Assembly: GCA_946648015.1 (NCBI GenBank)
Contig: CAMPCZ010000003.1
Coordinates: forward strand, 1 to 39,397
DNA from: an uncultured Clostridia bacterium
GTDB taxonomy: Bacteria > Bacillota > Clostridia > Christensenellales > CAG-1252
DNA length: 39,397 nt
Direction: 5' to 3'
Part shown: piece by piece, positions 18,569 through 27,995 of the stretch
How the letters are laid out: every line of letters begins with the position of its first letter
How positions within the stretch are numbered: the first letter of the stretch is position 1
The notes under the pieces: model-generated
What the model saw: the letters and a program-made list of their open reading frames with translations, nothing else
The model's database searches: none
What the model was told of the DNA's origin: nothing
Made by a program: the position numbers and the translations under genes

Positions 18569-19267
18569 TCACTTTTTGTGGTTGATGGCAAATTGGCGAC
18601 TGGCGTCCAACAGTTCCATTATCAATTCGTCCGCCACGGTGTCGTCCAGTAAAATGCTTATCCAGCTGTCGCGGTTCATGTGATAGCACGGGTATATGCC
18701 GTCTATCGCCAGCAACGCTTCTTTTCGGGCGGGGTCTATTTTCAGATTGAGTACGTCTACCATGGGCGCTTCGTTACAGTCTTTTGTAGGCTCTTTTGTG
18801 ATGCGAAACCGCTTGACGTCCATCACCAATCCGTACCATTTGCGGTTTTTGGGGTAGCGAAATACCCCGTAGGTAGGTGCAGTGGCAAAAGGAAAATCGG
18901 GCGACTCGCCGTAGCGGCGCAGCACCAAGTCGGCAATGCGGTTGGATTGGGGGGCGCTGAAATATTCGCGCCTGCAACAAGCCTCCGCCACGCGCACGAG
19001 CACCGCGCGATAGGCTTCGCGCACCGCTCCTACAAAGGCGCCTTGGCTCCACTCTACGTTGACGGGCGCATAGGGCTCGTCGGTGGCCGCGTCTATCACC
19101 GTCGAGGTAGCGTTGCCCACGTCGTCCACTTTTATTTCCACCCGCATTTGCCCGTCCATGATCTCTTGGCTATATATCAAATCCCGGCCCTTCGGCACAA
19201 AACCGAACGCCTTCAGCCGCTCGGGCAAAAGCGTGTGTTTGTCAAATACTTCTTGATGAATATTCAC
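18569..19267 (-). CDS. MmcQ/YjbR-family putative DNA-binding protein
   Basis: [26 protein letters not shown] motifs; GTG start with GAGGA RBS. Confidence 0.8.
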   Translation of the reverse strand: MNIHQEVFDKHTLLPERLKAFGFVPKGRDLIYSQEIMDGQMRVEIKVDDVGNATSTVIDAATDEPYAPVNVEWSQGAFVGAVREAYRAVLVRVAEACCRREYFSAPQSNRIADLVLRRYGESPDFPFATAPTYGVFRYPKNRKWYGLVMDVKRFRITKEPTKDCNEAPMVDVLNLKIDPARKEALLAIDGIYPCYHMNRDSWISILLDDTVADELIMELLDASRQFAINHKK

Positions 19268-19506
19268 TGTTCCTCGTCCTTTTGGTATGCACCAAGTATA
19301 CCACTATAACGCCCCATAGGCAACACCTTCCGCGCATAGCAATGTCAAAATAATGGTACGCAACGGAAACCATCGTACCCGACATTGCCAAGAAGTCGGC
19401 GGGGTATTTGACGGCACTGTGGCAAAAAGGCGTTGTCTTGCAAGCCAAAACGTGGTATCATTATGCCGTAACCCAACCGCAACGCAGCAAACAAGGAGTG
19501 TGCAAA

Positions 19507-20106
19507 ATGAGCAAAGATAGATTCGTCGCCTTTTTCGACGCCATCATGGCCATCATTATGACCATCGTCGTTCTAGAGTTCGTCATACCCGACGGCACCA
19601 AATGGTCGGATTTGGGCACCCTCGGCTATCAAATCATCGCCTACGCCATATCCTTCTTTTGGCTGGGCGGTATGTGGATCAACATCCACAATCTTTGGCA
19701 CGGCGTAGACGTCGTAGACCGCGGCGTATTGTGGACGAACATCGCCATGCTGTTCTTTTCGTCCATGATACCCTTTTTGGTCGTATACGTCGGCCGCAAT
19801 ATGAACGAGCTCGTGCCGCAACTGCTATATGGCGCCGACGTTATGCTCGTCACCGTGTGCAACTGGCTCAGCATAGAGCTGTTGGCTCGCCATCACCAAT
19901 GCGTCAAGCGGCAGTTGCCCTCGTTCCGCCTATCTATGGGCATCGACATTCTCATCAAAGCGGTGGGCGTCGTCGTAGGCGTTACGGTGTACCCCTTGGC
20001 CATCATGATATCGGTAATGGTCGCTATGGTGTTTTCGGTGGCGTGGCGCCGCGTCTACGAGCGCAAACACAAAACCGCCCTCGATACGGGCGCAGACGAA
20101 GAATAG
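19507..20106 (+). CDS. TMEM175 (DUF1211) family potassium-channel-like membrane protein
   Basis: RFVAFFDAIMAIIMTIVVLE (R-xxx-F-x-D-xxx-AI-xx-T), YAISF...WINIH, about 6 TM helices; AAGGAG RBS. Confidence 0.85.
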   Translation: MSKDRFVAFFDAIMAIIMTIVVLEFVIPDGTKWSDLGTLGYQIIAYAISFFWLGGMWINIHNLWHGVDVVDRGVLWTNIAMLFFSSMIPFLVVYVGRNMNELVPQLLYGADVMLVTVCNWLSIELLARHHQCVKRQLPSFRLSMGIDILIKAVGVVVGVTVYPLAIMISVMVAMVFSVAWRRVYERKHKTALDTGADEE

Positions 20107-20184
20107 GCCGCCGCATCAGCCGCAAGCAAATAGCAAGAAACCCCTCGGTGTTCGTCGGCATTCTTGCCGAGTAGGAGGAAATAT

Positions 20185-20592
20185 ATGAAAAAAGAACTAT
20201 CCGCTTTTCCTGTCGGAAACAAAAACGACGCATACGCCCGCTACTTTGTGGGACAAAGCTATCTGGCGCCGCTATGCGCGTCGCCCATTCCTACGTTCAA
20301 CGTTACGTTCGAGCCCGCTTGCCGCAACAACTGGCACGTGCACCACGCCGGTGCGGGTGGCGGCCAACTACTCATCGTCATTGCCGGCGAGGGGTGGTAT
20401 CAAGAGGAAGGCAAGGCCGCAAGACGCCTATCGGTAGGCGACGTGGTGTGTATACCCGCCAACGTCAAGCATTGGCACGGCGCGGCCAAGGATTGCTGGT
20501 TTCAGCACCTTGCGCAGGAAATACCCGGTGAGGATACCTATACCGAGTGGTGCGAGCCTGTCTCCGACGAGCAATACGACGCGTTGCAATAG
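20185..20592 (+). CDS. Cupin-domain protein
   Basis: YFVGQSYL, VTFEPACRNNWHVH, GQLL, GWYQEEG, HWHGA; AGGAGG RBS. Confidence 0.88.
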   Translation: MKKELSAFPVGNKNDAYARYFVGQSYLAPLCASPIPTFNVTFEPACRNNWHVHHAGAGGGQLLIVIAGEGWYQEEGKAARRLSVGDVVCIPANVKHWHGAAKDCWFQHLAQEIPGEDTYTEWCEPVSDEQYDALQ

Positions 20593-20628
20593 CCACCTTT
20601 CCGGCCGCTGTTCGCCGTGACTTTATAT

Positions 20629-20660
20629 GCAAAGCCCTTGCCGTACGGCAAGGGCTTTGC
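20629..20660. terminator. Perfect 32-bp palindrome, probable bidirectional terminator
   Basis: GCAAAGCCCTTGCCGT|ACGGCAAGGGCTTTGC between the convergent cupin and DUF2130 genes. Confidence 0.75.
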
Positions 20661-20688
20661 GTTTGTAGTTGCTTGGATTGTTTGTCGG

Positions 20689-21801
20689 CTACTTGTTATC
20701 CTTTTTGCTTTGTTTATATTCCTCTTGCAGTCCGGGGCTGTTGCGTAGCAATTTGCGCATGGTCAAATCGTCGGCCTTGTTGTTGGCCAATTCCAATTGC
20801 CGTTGCGAGGAGAGCAGTGCTTCTTTGGTTTTGTTGAGGGCGGCTATCGCTTTGTCTATGTCGTCTATGGCGTCTTGATACTTCTTTTTGGCCGCTTCCA
20901 CGTTGCGCCCAAAGGCCTCCTGAAAGGCCGCTAAATTGTCTTCCAGCGCTTGTAGGTCGGCGTTGCGCTCGGCCGCTATCTTCAATTCGCGTTTTTGGGC
21001 TATGTTTTGCTCGGCGGCGTTGCGCAAAAGGGTGATGATGGCAATAAAGCTTTGGGGCCGCACCACGAACATTTTGGGGTAGCGGTAAGATACGTCTACG
21101 ATGCCGCCGTTATAAAAGTCGTTGTCGGACTCCAAGGTGGAGACCAGCACCGCGTATTCTATCTTTTTGTTGCGCCTGTCCTTGTCCAACTCGGCCAAAA
21201 AATGTTCGTTCTTGTGCTTGGTTTTGGTTTCGTCCGCCTCGTGTTTCATCTCGAAGATGATGCTGATATATTCTACGCCGTCGTCGGTGTAGTCGCGGTA
21301 GATAAAGTCGGCTTTGCTATGATCCACCACCTCGTTGTCTTTCTCGAACACGGCGTTGCGAAAGGCGGTGGGACGCATCTCGTTGAATTTGTTGAGGCAA
21401 TATTGCTCCAAAGATTCGCCCACCATTTTGGTGGAAAGGCGGCTCTTATATTCCTTGTACACCAGCACGTCGTGGCGCAACTCGGCCACCTCTTTGTCGT
21501 AGGCCGCCTTTAACGCCTGCATTTCTTCGTCCTTTTTTTGTTGCGCCTGCAATACGGCCAGCGCTTGCTCCGATTGGTGTTTTTCGGCCTGCTTCTCCAG
21601 GTCGCTTATGCGCCGCTCCCACACGCTTTGGTCGTTTTTGCGCTTGATTTCGTCGGCTTGTCGTTGCAGTTGCAGTTGCGTGTCCACCGCCGCCTGCACC
21701 TCTTTCACAAACTCGGCGCTCTTCACTTGGTTGGCTATCTCCAGATATTCTTGTCCGTCGATGCTGAATTTTTCGCCGCAGTTGGGGCATCTGATCTCCA
21801 T
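20689..21801 (-). CDS. DUF2130-family coiled-coil protein
   Basis: MEIRCPNCG N-terminus, coiled coil, STKMVGESLEQYC, FEKDN, SIIFEMK, EYAVLVS, YPKMFVVRPQ; AAGGAGG RBS before 21801. Confidence 0.85.
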   Translation of the reverse strand: MEIRCPNCGEKFSIDGQEYLEIANQVKSAEFVKEVQAAVDTQLQLQRQADEIKRKNDQSVWERRISDLEKQAEKHQSEQALAVLQAQQKKDEEMQALKAAYDKEVAELRHDVLVYKEYKSRLSTKMVGESLEQYCLNKFNEMRPTAFRNAVFEKDNEVVDHSKADFIYRDYTDDGVEYISIIFEMKHEADETKTKHKNEHFLAELDKDRRNKKIEYAVLVSTLESDNDFYNGGIVDVSYRYPKMFVVRPQSFIAIITLLRNAAEQNIAQKRELKIAAERNADLQALEDNLAAFQEAFGRNVEAAKKKYQDAIDDIDKAIAALNKTKEALLSSQRQLELANNKADDLTMRKLLRNSPGLQEEYKQSKKDNK

Positions 21802-21844
21802 CGTTTCCTCCTTCGTAGCAACCGCTCGTTGCGTTTGCTCTATC

Positions 21845-21873
21845 ATTATAGCGTTTTTTTCGTCGAGGCGCAA
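21845..21873 (-). promoter_or_regulatory. sigmaA promoter of the DUF2130 gene
   Basis: Minus strand: TTGCGC, 17 bp spacer, TATAAT. Confidence 0.6.
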
Positions 21874-22112
21874 CCCCCTATGGCACCTTGTCGCCGCGCC
21901 TACGCTTTGTATTATCCCTACTACGCGGGTTTTTCGGCGGCCGCTTTCCTGGCGAATTGGCTCAAATTGGTGTGTTTCAACTTCCCCTTTGCATTCTTTA
22001 CCCAACTGTTCTTCATTCAGCCGGCGGTACGTCTTATTTTCAAGTTGTTGTTTCGCCGCGACATCAAAGCGCGAGTAGCCCTTGGCGAATCAGGATAGGG
22101 TAGTTGTTGCCG

Positions 22113-22141
22113 TTGACATTTGCGTGGATATGTAGTATTAT
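22113..22141 (+). promoter_or_regulatory. sigmaA promoter of the DUF1015 gene
   Basis: TTGACA, 17 bp spacer, TATTAT. Confidence 0.7.
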
Positions 22142-22183
22142 GATTGCGCGCTTCTGCGCGTAATCTGTTTTGGAGTACATAGT

Positions 22184-23389
22184 ATGTCTACCATTCTCAT
22201 ACCGCATCTTTTGTTGCCCCGCAAGGGCTGCGACTTCAACAAGTGGGCCGTCATCGCCTGCGATCAATTTACGTCCCAACGTGACTATTGGCAACGGTTG
22301 GATGCTACTTGCGGGGACGTATCGACCCTTCGTCTCATCTTTCCCGAATACTATCTCGGCGGCGCCGACGAGGCGGCGATAGACGGTCGCGTAGCGGCTA
22401 TCCACGCCCGTATGGAGGACTATCTGGCCGCGGATCTTTTTGAGCAAGTGGACGATTTTGTGTTGGTGGAGCGCACTTTGCCCACGGGCGGTGTGCGTGT
22501 GGGGTTGGTGGTGGCCATAGATCTGGAAGAGTACGACTATCGCCCCTCGCGCGCTGCCAAAATTCGTGCTACCGAGGCCACGGTGGAGTCGCGCTTGCCC
22601 ATTCGGGTGCGCATTCGTCGAGGTGCGGCTTTGGAACTGTCGCACGCGTTGGCGTTGGTAGACGACAGCCCCGAGGGCGTGCTGGAGCGCTTGTACCAAA
22701 AGCGCGCCGAATTGCCCCTTCTCTACGATTTCGAACTCAATATGGGCGGCGGCCACGTGCGCGGATACCGCGTTACCGATTCGCCCGCCGTTTTGGCGGC
22801 GTTGGACAATTTGGTGGCGGGCAAAGAGTTTCAGTATGCGGTAGGCGACGGCAATCATTCCATCGCCGCCGCCAAGACCTATTGGGATGAGTTGCGCCAA
22901 GATCTCGATCCCGTTGCCGCGGCGCATCACCCCGCACGCTATTGCACTTGCGAGTTGGTCAACCTCAATGCCGAGGGACTCACGTTCCACCCCATACACC
23001 GCGTAGTGTACGACGTGGATTTCGATGCGTTTTTGGCGGCTTTGTCGCAACGTTTTGCGGGCGAAGGTAGGCTGGACGTGCGCTACGAGGGGCGCACCTA
23101 TACGGTGCCCGCCCCGTCGGATCCGACCCGCACCATAGAGCAAATGGCCGCCTTTTTGGGCGACTTTTGCCGCTCGCACCCCCAAGCCAAGGTGGACTAT
23201 ATTCACGGCGAGGCGCATCTGGAAAGTGTGCTGCAGGCCACGCACGGCATAGGGGTGTTGATGCCCTCTATGCCCAAAAACGCGCTGTTTCCCTACGTGG
23301 CGGCGCACGGCATTTTGCCCAAAAAAGCGTTCAGTTTGGGCGAAGCGGAAGAAAAACGCTATTATATCGAGGCCAAACTCATTCGATAG
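22184..23389 (+). CDS. DUF1015-family protein
   Basis: KWAVIACDQFTS, IDLEEYDY, IRATEAT, AVGDGNHS, HPIHRV, LPKKAFSLG. Confidence 0.85.
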   Translation: MSTILIPHLLLPRKGCDFNKWAVIACDQFTSQRDYWQRLDATCGDVSTLRLIFPEYYLGGADEAAIDGRVAAIHARMEDYLAADLFEQVDDFVLVERTLPTGGVRVGLVVAIDLEEYDYRPSRAAKIRATEATVESRLPIRVRIRRGAALELSHALALVDDSPEGVLERLYQKRAELPLLYDFELNMGGGHVRGYRVTDSPAVLAALDNLVAGKEFQYAVGDGNHSIAAAKTYWDELRQDLDPVAAAHHPARYCTCELVNLNAEGLTFHPIHRVVYDVDFDAFLAALSQRFAGEGRLDVRYEGRTYTVPAPSDPTRTIEQMAAFLGDFCRSHPQAKVDYIHGEAHLESVLQATHGIGVLMPSMPKNALFPYVAAHGILPKKAFSLGEAEEKRYYIEAKLIR

Positions 23390-23500
23390 GCTCAAGGTAG
23401 GGCTACAAGATCGCTCCAAAGCGTTGCAATGTCCTTGCCAACCGCGCGGCGCTGTGTTATCATTCGATTGGCGGGCTGATGCCCGTCTAAGAGGTATCTT

Positions 23501-24340
23501 ATGGAAAAATTGCAAAATCAAGTGTTTACGGGGGAGCGCGCCTTGTTTTTCGGCGAGGGGCTCGACATCGAGCACTGTACGTTCGAGGACGGCGAGTCGC
23601 CGCTGAAGGAGAGCCGCAACATTCGCCTCAGCCATTGCACGTTTGGGTGGAAATATCCCTTGTGGTATGCCGCCGATATCGAGGTGCGCCATAGCATTCT
23701 ACGCGAAATGGCACGCTCGGGCATATGGTATACTCGCCGCATATCCATCACCGACACCCTCATCGAAGCGCCCAAGACCTTTCGCCGCGCCGAGGACGTG
23801 CGGCTGGAGCGCGTGCGTATGCCCCACGCCGCCGAGACTTTTTGGCAATGCAAGGGGGTGCGCCTTTCCGACGTAGAGGCGGTGGGCGACTATTTCGGCA
23901 TGAATTGCGAGGACGTGTCGGTGGACGGCTTGCGGCTGGACGGTAACTATTGCTTTGACGGCGCCAAGGGCGTGCACGTCAAAAACAGCGTACTCAATTC
24001 CAAGGATAGTTTTTGGAATACCACCGACGTTTTGGTGGAAGACAGCGTCATCGTGGGCGAGTATTTGGGGTGGAACTCGCGCAACCTCACCCTCGTCAAC
24101 TGCACCATAGAGAGCTTGCAGGGTATGTGTTATATCGAGAATTTGCGCTTGGTCAACTGCCGCCTCAACAACACCACGTTGGCATTTGAGTATTGTTCGG
24201 TCGACGCCGATATCGATGGTGGGGTGGACAGCGTGCTCAACCCCACCTCGGGTATTATCCGCGCCCAACGCATAGGCGAGTTGATTTTAGAGCCCGATCG
24301 CATAGATCCCACCAAGACCAAGATCGTGTACAAGGAGTAG
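23501..24340 (+). CDS. DUF3737-family beta-helix protein
   Basis: GERALF, GESPLKES, WKYPLWY, GNYCFDG, SKDSFWN, GEYLGWNS, TLAFEY; directly upstream of a PatB gene. Confidence 0.88.
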   Translation: MEKLQNQVFTGERALFFGEGLDIEHCTFEDGESPLKESRNIRLSHCTFGWKYPLWYAADIEVRHSILREMARSGIWYTRRISITDTLIEAPKTFRRAEDVRLERVRMPHAAETFWQCKGVRLSDVEAVGDYFGMNCEDVSVDGLRLDGNYCFDGAKGVHVKNSVLNSKDSFWNTTDVLVEDSVIVGEYLGWNSRNLTLVNCTIESLQGMCYIENLRLVNCRLNNTTLAFEYCSVDADIDGGVDSVLNPTSGIIRAQRIGELILEPDRIDPTKTKIVYKE

Positions 24341-24342
24341 TT

Positions 24343-25506
24343 ATGTACGATTTCGATACGCCTATTGATCGCGTGGGCACCCATTCCCTCAAGTGGGACG
24401 TAGCCGAGGGCGAGCTGCCAATGTGGGTGGCCGATATGGACTTTGCCGTGTGCCCCGAGGTACAGGCGGCTTTGCAAGCCAAACTCGATACGCGCGTGTA
24501 CGGTTACCAAACGGTACCCGCCGCCTTTGGCGAGGCGGTGGCCGAGTGGTGGCGCACCCGCCACGATTGGCGTTTTGCGGCAGAGGACGTCATTTTTTGC
24601 ACGGGCGTAGTGCCCGCTTTGACGCACCTGGTGTGCTGCCTTAGCAACGTGGGCGACAACGTGGTGGTGTTCACACCCGTCTACAACATTTTTTTTAGCA
24701 GCATAGAGAATATGGGGCGGCACGTCTACGAGTCGCCGCTTGCCTACGACGGCGCCTACCACATAGATTGGGCGGATCTCGAAGGCAAATTGGCGCACCC
24801 CAACACGACCCTTATGATATTGTGCAACCCGCATAACCCCACCGGGCAGGTGTGGGACAAGGGGGAGTTGGAGCGCATTGGGCAACTGTGCCGCCAACAC
24901 GGCGTGCAACTGGTATCGGACGAGATCCATTGCGACCTCACCTTGCCCGACGTGCGCTATTGCCCCTATGGCTCTACCGCCTACGGCGGTGAGGCTGTGG
25001 TGTGCGTGGCCGCAAGCAAGGCGTTCAATTTGGCGGCTTTGCAGGGCGCGGCCGTCGTTGTGACGGAGCCTCGTCTGCGCGAAAAAGTCTCGCGCGCGCT
25101 CAATGCGCACGAGGTGGCCGAGCCCAATCTGCTGGCGGTAGAGGGCACGGTGGCCGCCTTGCGATACGGCGGGCGGTGGCTGGATGAGTTGCGCCGCTAT
25201 TTGGCGGACAACCGCCGCTTTGTAGAGGACTATTTGTCCGAGCGCCTGCCCGCGGTGCGGGTGGTAGCGCAGCGCGCCACCTATTTGATGTGGTTGGACG
25301 TGGCCGCAGTCGCCGAGGATAGCGCCGCTTTGTGCGACTTTTTGCGCCGCACTACGGGGCTATGGATTACGGCGGGCACCCAATATAGGGGCAATGGCAG
25401 CCATTTTGTGCGCGTCAATATCGCTACGCAACGCGCCAACGTTGCCGATGGTATGGAACGGTTCGTGCGCGGCGTGTCGGCATATTTGGCCGAGCAAGGT
25501 CGCTAA
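24343..25506 (+). CDS. patB: MalY/PatB-family PLP-dependent cystathionine beta-lyase
   Basis: YDFD...KWD, LPMWVADMDF, LCNPHNPTG, SDEIHCDL, SKAFNLA (PLP Lys), TYLMWLD; AAGGAG RBS. Confidence 0.9.
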   Translation: MYDFDTPIDRVGTHSLKWDVAEGELPMWVADMDFAVCPEVQAALQAKLDTRVYGYQTVPAAFGEAVAEWWRTRHDWRFAAEDVIFCTGVVPALTHLVCCLSNVGDNVVVFTPVYNIFFSSIENMGRHVYESPLAYDGAYHIDWADLEGKLAHPNTTLMILCNPHNPTGQVWDKGELERIGQLCRQHGVQLVSDEIHCDLTLPDVRYCPYGSTAYGGEAVVCVAASKAFNLAALQGAAVVVTEPRLREKVSRALNAHEVAEPNLLAVEGTVAALRYGGRWLDELRRYLADNRRFVEDYLSERLPAVRVVAQRATYLMWLDVAAVAEDSAALCDFLRRTTGLWITAGTQYRGNGSHFVRVNIATQRANVADGMERFVRGVSAYLAEQGR

Positions 25507-25614
25507 GCGCTTGGCCTATCCCGAGGCGCAAAGGAACGTTGGATCGTTGGCGCCGCACAAACAGAATTGGGTAAGAATCAAGCACGCAAAGCGTTACCCC
25601 GCGGCAACGGGCAA

Positions 25615-25653
25615 ACAAAAACGCACGGCGCCAAGGGAGCCGTGCGTTTTTGT
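25615..25653. terminator. Bidirectional intrinsic terminator
   Basis: ACAAAAACGCACGGC-loop-GCCGTGCGTTTTTGT between convergent genes. Confidence 0.82.
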
Positions 25654-25661
25654 ATTGAGTA

Positions 25662-25877
25662 CTACGCCAAAAAAGTGAGATCGTTTTTGGTGATGATGGT
25701 AACGATATCCACGATCCAAAACAGCGGGAAAATGATGAGGTTGAGCAAAGCGCCCAAAATCTTGCCGCGCGTCAACCGCGTGATGATACCCAAAATAAAG
25801 CTGGTGACGGGAATGATCGCCAAAATGATGCTGACGAGATGGCTCAAGCCGAAATAGCCTTTGGATTTTTTTGCCAT
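25662..25877 (-). CDS. Small hypothetical membrane protein (71 aa)
   Basis: GGAGG RBS, dedicated promoter and terminator; basic N-terminus then 2 hydrophobic stretches; FWIVDIVTII C-terminus. Confidence 0.75.
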   Translation of the reverse strand: MAKKSKGYFGLSHLVSIILAIIPVTSFILGIITRLTRGKILGALLNLIIFPLFWIVDIVTIITKNDLTFLA

Positions 25878-25907
25878 AAATAGCCTCCATAAACGTTTGA
25901 TAAGCAT

Positions 25908-25936
25908 AGTATACCACGAAAAACGCCAAATTGCAA
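25908..25936 (-). promoter_or_regulatory. sigmaA extended -10 promoter of the small membrane protein gene
   Basis: Minus strand: TTGCAA, 17 bp spacer, TG-g-TATACT. Confidence 0.7.
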
Positions 25937-25995
25937 GGAACTTCTTTTTGTTTGGAAAATTCGGTGCGCAGGCGGCAAAAAAACGGAAATGCGTC

Positions 25996-26024
25996 TTGCA
26001 AGAGGGGGCGTCCTATGCTATACT
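25996..26024 (+). promoter_or_regulatory. sigmaA extended -10 promoter of the mannoside operon
   Basis: TTGCAA, 17 bp spacer, TG-c-TATACT. Confidence 0.7.
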
Positions 26025-26055
26025 TTTGTTGTGAACAACAAACAGGAGGCCCTAT

Positions 26056-27129
26056 ATGGATTATAGTGCGATTTTGTCCCGTCCCGTTTTCTTCAAGCCC
26101 AACCGCGTGTATCGCGTCTATTTGGGCGGCCAAGGCATCGCCGATTTTTGCGATCTTCCCCCCGAAAAGGACGATTTCTTTCCCGAGGAATGGATAGCGT
26201 CCGCCGTCAAAGCCATCAATCCCCGCTACTTTGGCGAGCGCGACGGCGTGGCGGTGGTGGAGGGCACCGATCTCTTTTTTGACGACGCACTCAAGGCGTA
26301 TCCGCAATTGTTGCTTGGCCGGCGCAAATACGATTGTTTGGTCAAATACCTCGACAGCGCCATACGCTTGCCTATGCAGGTGCACCCCACGCGCGCCTTT
26401 GCTCGCGAGCATTTCGGCTCGCCCTATGGCAAGACGGAGGCATGGTTGGTGCTGGCCACTCGCCCCAACGCCAAGATCTTTTTCGGGTTTAACCGCCCCA
26501 TTACCAAAGAGGAACTGTCCGACTTGGAGGAGCGCAGCGAAACCGAGCGCGACGTGATGAGCGGCATTTTGGCCTCGGTGGACGCCAAGGTGGGCGACGT
26601 GTACATCATCAACGCCGGCCTTATTCACGCCATTGGCGCGGGTTGCACCATTCTCGAGGTGCAGGAACCCACCGACTTTACCATACAGCCCGAGCGTTGG
26701 TGCGGCGACTATCATATCAGTTATGAAGAGGAGTATATCGGCTTGGACAAATCCACCGCGCTCGATTGCTTCGACTATTCGCTGGTGGGCGACAAAGCCC
26801 TCATGGGTGCGCGCCTTATGCCACGCGTGCAGCGAGACGACGGCTTGGTAAAGGTAGAAACGCTTATCGGCTACCAAGACACGCCGTGCTTTGCCGAAAA
26901 CCGCATCACTTTGCAAAAAGGCGGCCTATACAGCCCCTCGTTCGGTCCCGCCGTATGGATCGTGCTGGAGGGCGAGGGCAGCATAGTGGGCGAGGGCTAT
27001 CGGCGCGACCTCAAAAAGGGCGACTACTTCTTTTTGCCCTTCGTTGCCCAAAATAAATATACGCTGGGCACCGATAGCAGTATCGTGTTGGCCGAGTGCT
27101 TGCCCGGAGAGGAGAACTTGCATCTATGA
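26056..27129 (+). CDS. manA: Class I mannose-6-phosphate isomerase (cupin fold)
   Basis: EEWIAS, VKYLD...MQVHP, GKTEAW, HAIG and EVQEPTD motifs. Confidence 0.82.
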   Translation: MDYSAILSRPVFFKPNRVYRVYLGGQGIADFCDLPPEKDDFFPEEWIASAVKAINPRYFGERDGVAVVEGTDLFFDDALKAYPQLLLGRRKYDCLVKYLDSAIRLPMQVHPTRAFAREHFGSPYGKTEAWLVLATRPNAKIFFGFNRPITKEELSDLEERSETERDVMSGILASVDAKVGDVYIINAGLIHAIGAGCTILEVQEPTDFTIQPERWCGDYHISYEEEYIGLDKSTALDCFDYSLVGDKALMGARLMPRVQRDDGLVKVETLIGYQDTPCFAENRITLQKGGLYSPSFGPAVWIVLEGEGSIVGEGYRRDLKKGDYFFLPFVAQNKYTLGTDSSIVLAECLPGEENLHL

Positions 27130-27995
27130 TCACTTCTATCGGCGAAATATTGGTGGACAAGTTGGTCAAGCAAGACCAAACGGTTTGCCACGTGGGCGGC
27201 GCGCCCTTCAACGTGGCGGTAGGCGCCGCTCGGTGCGGCAGTACGGTACGCTTTGTGGGTAAAGTGGGCGCCGACGAGATGGGCGATTTTTTGTTGCGCG
27301 AAGTGCCTCGCTACGGCGTGGACGCCCGCATAGCGGTCGACCCAGTCCGCCCCACCACGGTGGCGTTGGTCACCCTCGAGGATGGCGAGCGATCCTTTCG
27401 CTTTTTGCGCGACAATGCGGCCGACTATCACCTGGAGGAGGCGGATATGCGGGTGGCCGAGGGTAGCACCATCGTACACTTGGGCACGTTGATGCTGTCC
27501 AAGCCCGAGGGGCGTTTGGCCGCGGGCATAGCGGTGCGTTTGGCGCGCCAGAGCGGCGCAATGCTGTCGGTGGACGCCAATTTCCGCGACGATCTGTTTG
27601 CCACCAAAGCCTTGCGAAACGAGATCATGCGGCCCTATCTGATGGCCGCCGACATACTCAAGATGAGCGCCGATGAGTTGGTGGATTTCACGGGTGTGGA
27701 CGACCTCGACTTGGCGGTGAACGCGCTGGGCTACGACGGCTTGCTGTTCGTTACGGCGGGCAAAGAGCCTTCGCGCGCCTACTGGCATGGCTACAAGGTA
27801 GAGGAGGCGCCCCCCGTTTTGCCGAGCGTCGTAGATACGACCGGGGCGGGCGACGCTTTTTTCGGCGCGGTGCTGTCCCAGCTTGACGCAATATATCTTA
27901 GGGGGCAACAACCCACGCCCTCGGCTTTACAGCGCATATTGAACGTTGCCAATCGCTACGGCGCCGAGGCGACGCAAAGGGAGGGAGCGGTATGA
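27126..27995 (+). CDS. PfkB-family carbohydrate kinase (fructokinase-like)
   Basis: IGEILVD, GGAPFNVA, GKVGAD, DANFR, DTTGAGDAF; ATGA overlap with manA. Confidence 0.9.
   Translation: MITSIGEILVDKLVKQDQTVCHVGGAPFNVAVGAARCGSTVRFVGKVGADEMGDFLLREVPRYGVDARIAVDPVRPTTVALVTLEDGERSFRFLRDNAADYHLEEADMRVAEGSTIVHLGTLMLSKPEGRLAAGIAVRLARQSGAMLSVDANFRDDLFATKALRNEIMRPYLMAADILKMSADELVDFTGVDDLDLAVNALGYDGLLFVTAGKEPSRAYWHGYKVEEAPPVLPSVVDTTGAGDAFFGAVLSQLDAIYLRGQQPTPSALQRILNVANRYGAEATQREGAV

Noticed and set aside
19268-19506. c-di-AMP or other riboswitch upstream of the TMEM175 channel gene
   Set aside because: No recognisable aptamer consensus, and the predicted promoter leaves only a short leader
22064-22150. 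Minus-strand peptide NNYPILIRQGLL resembling an AroB N-terminus
   Set aside because: Very short match ending in a stop and overlapping a promoter; probably chance
23462-23500. Hairpin GGCGGGC-TGAT-GCCCGTC before DUF3737-patB as a SAM or fluoride riboswitch
   Set aside because: Leader too short and lacks the conserved aptamer cores
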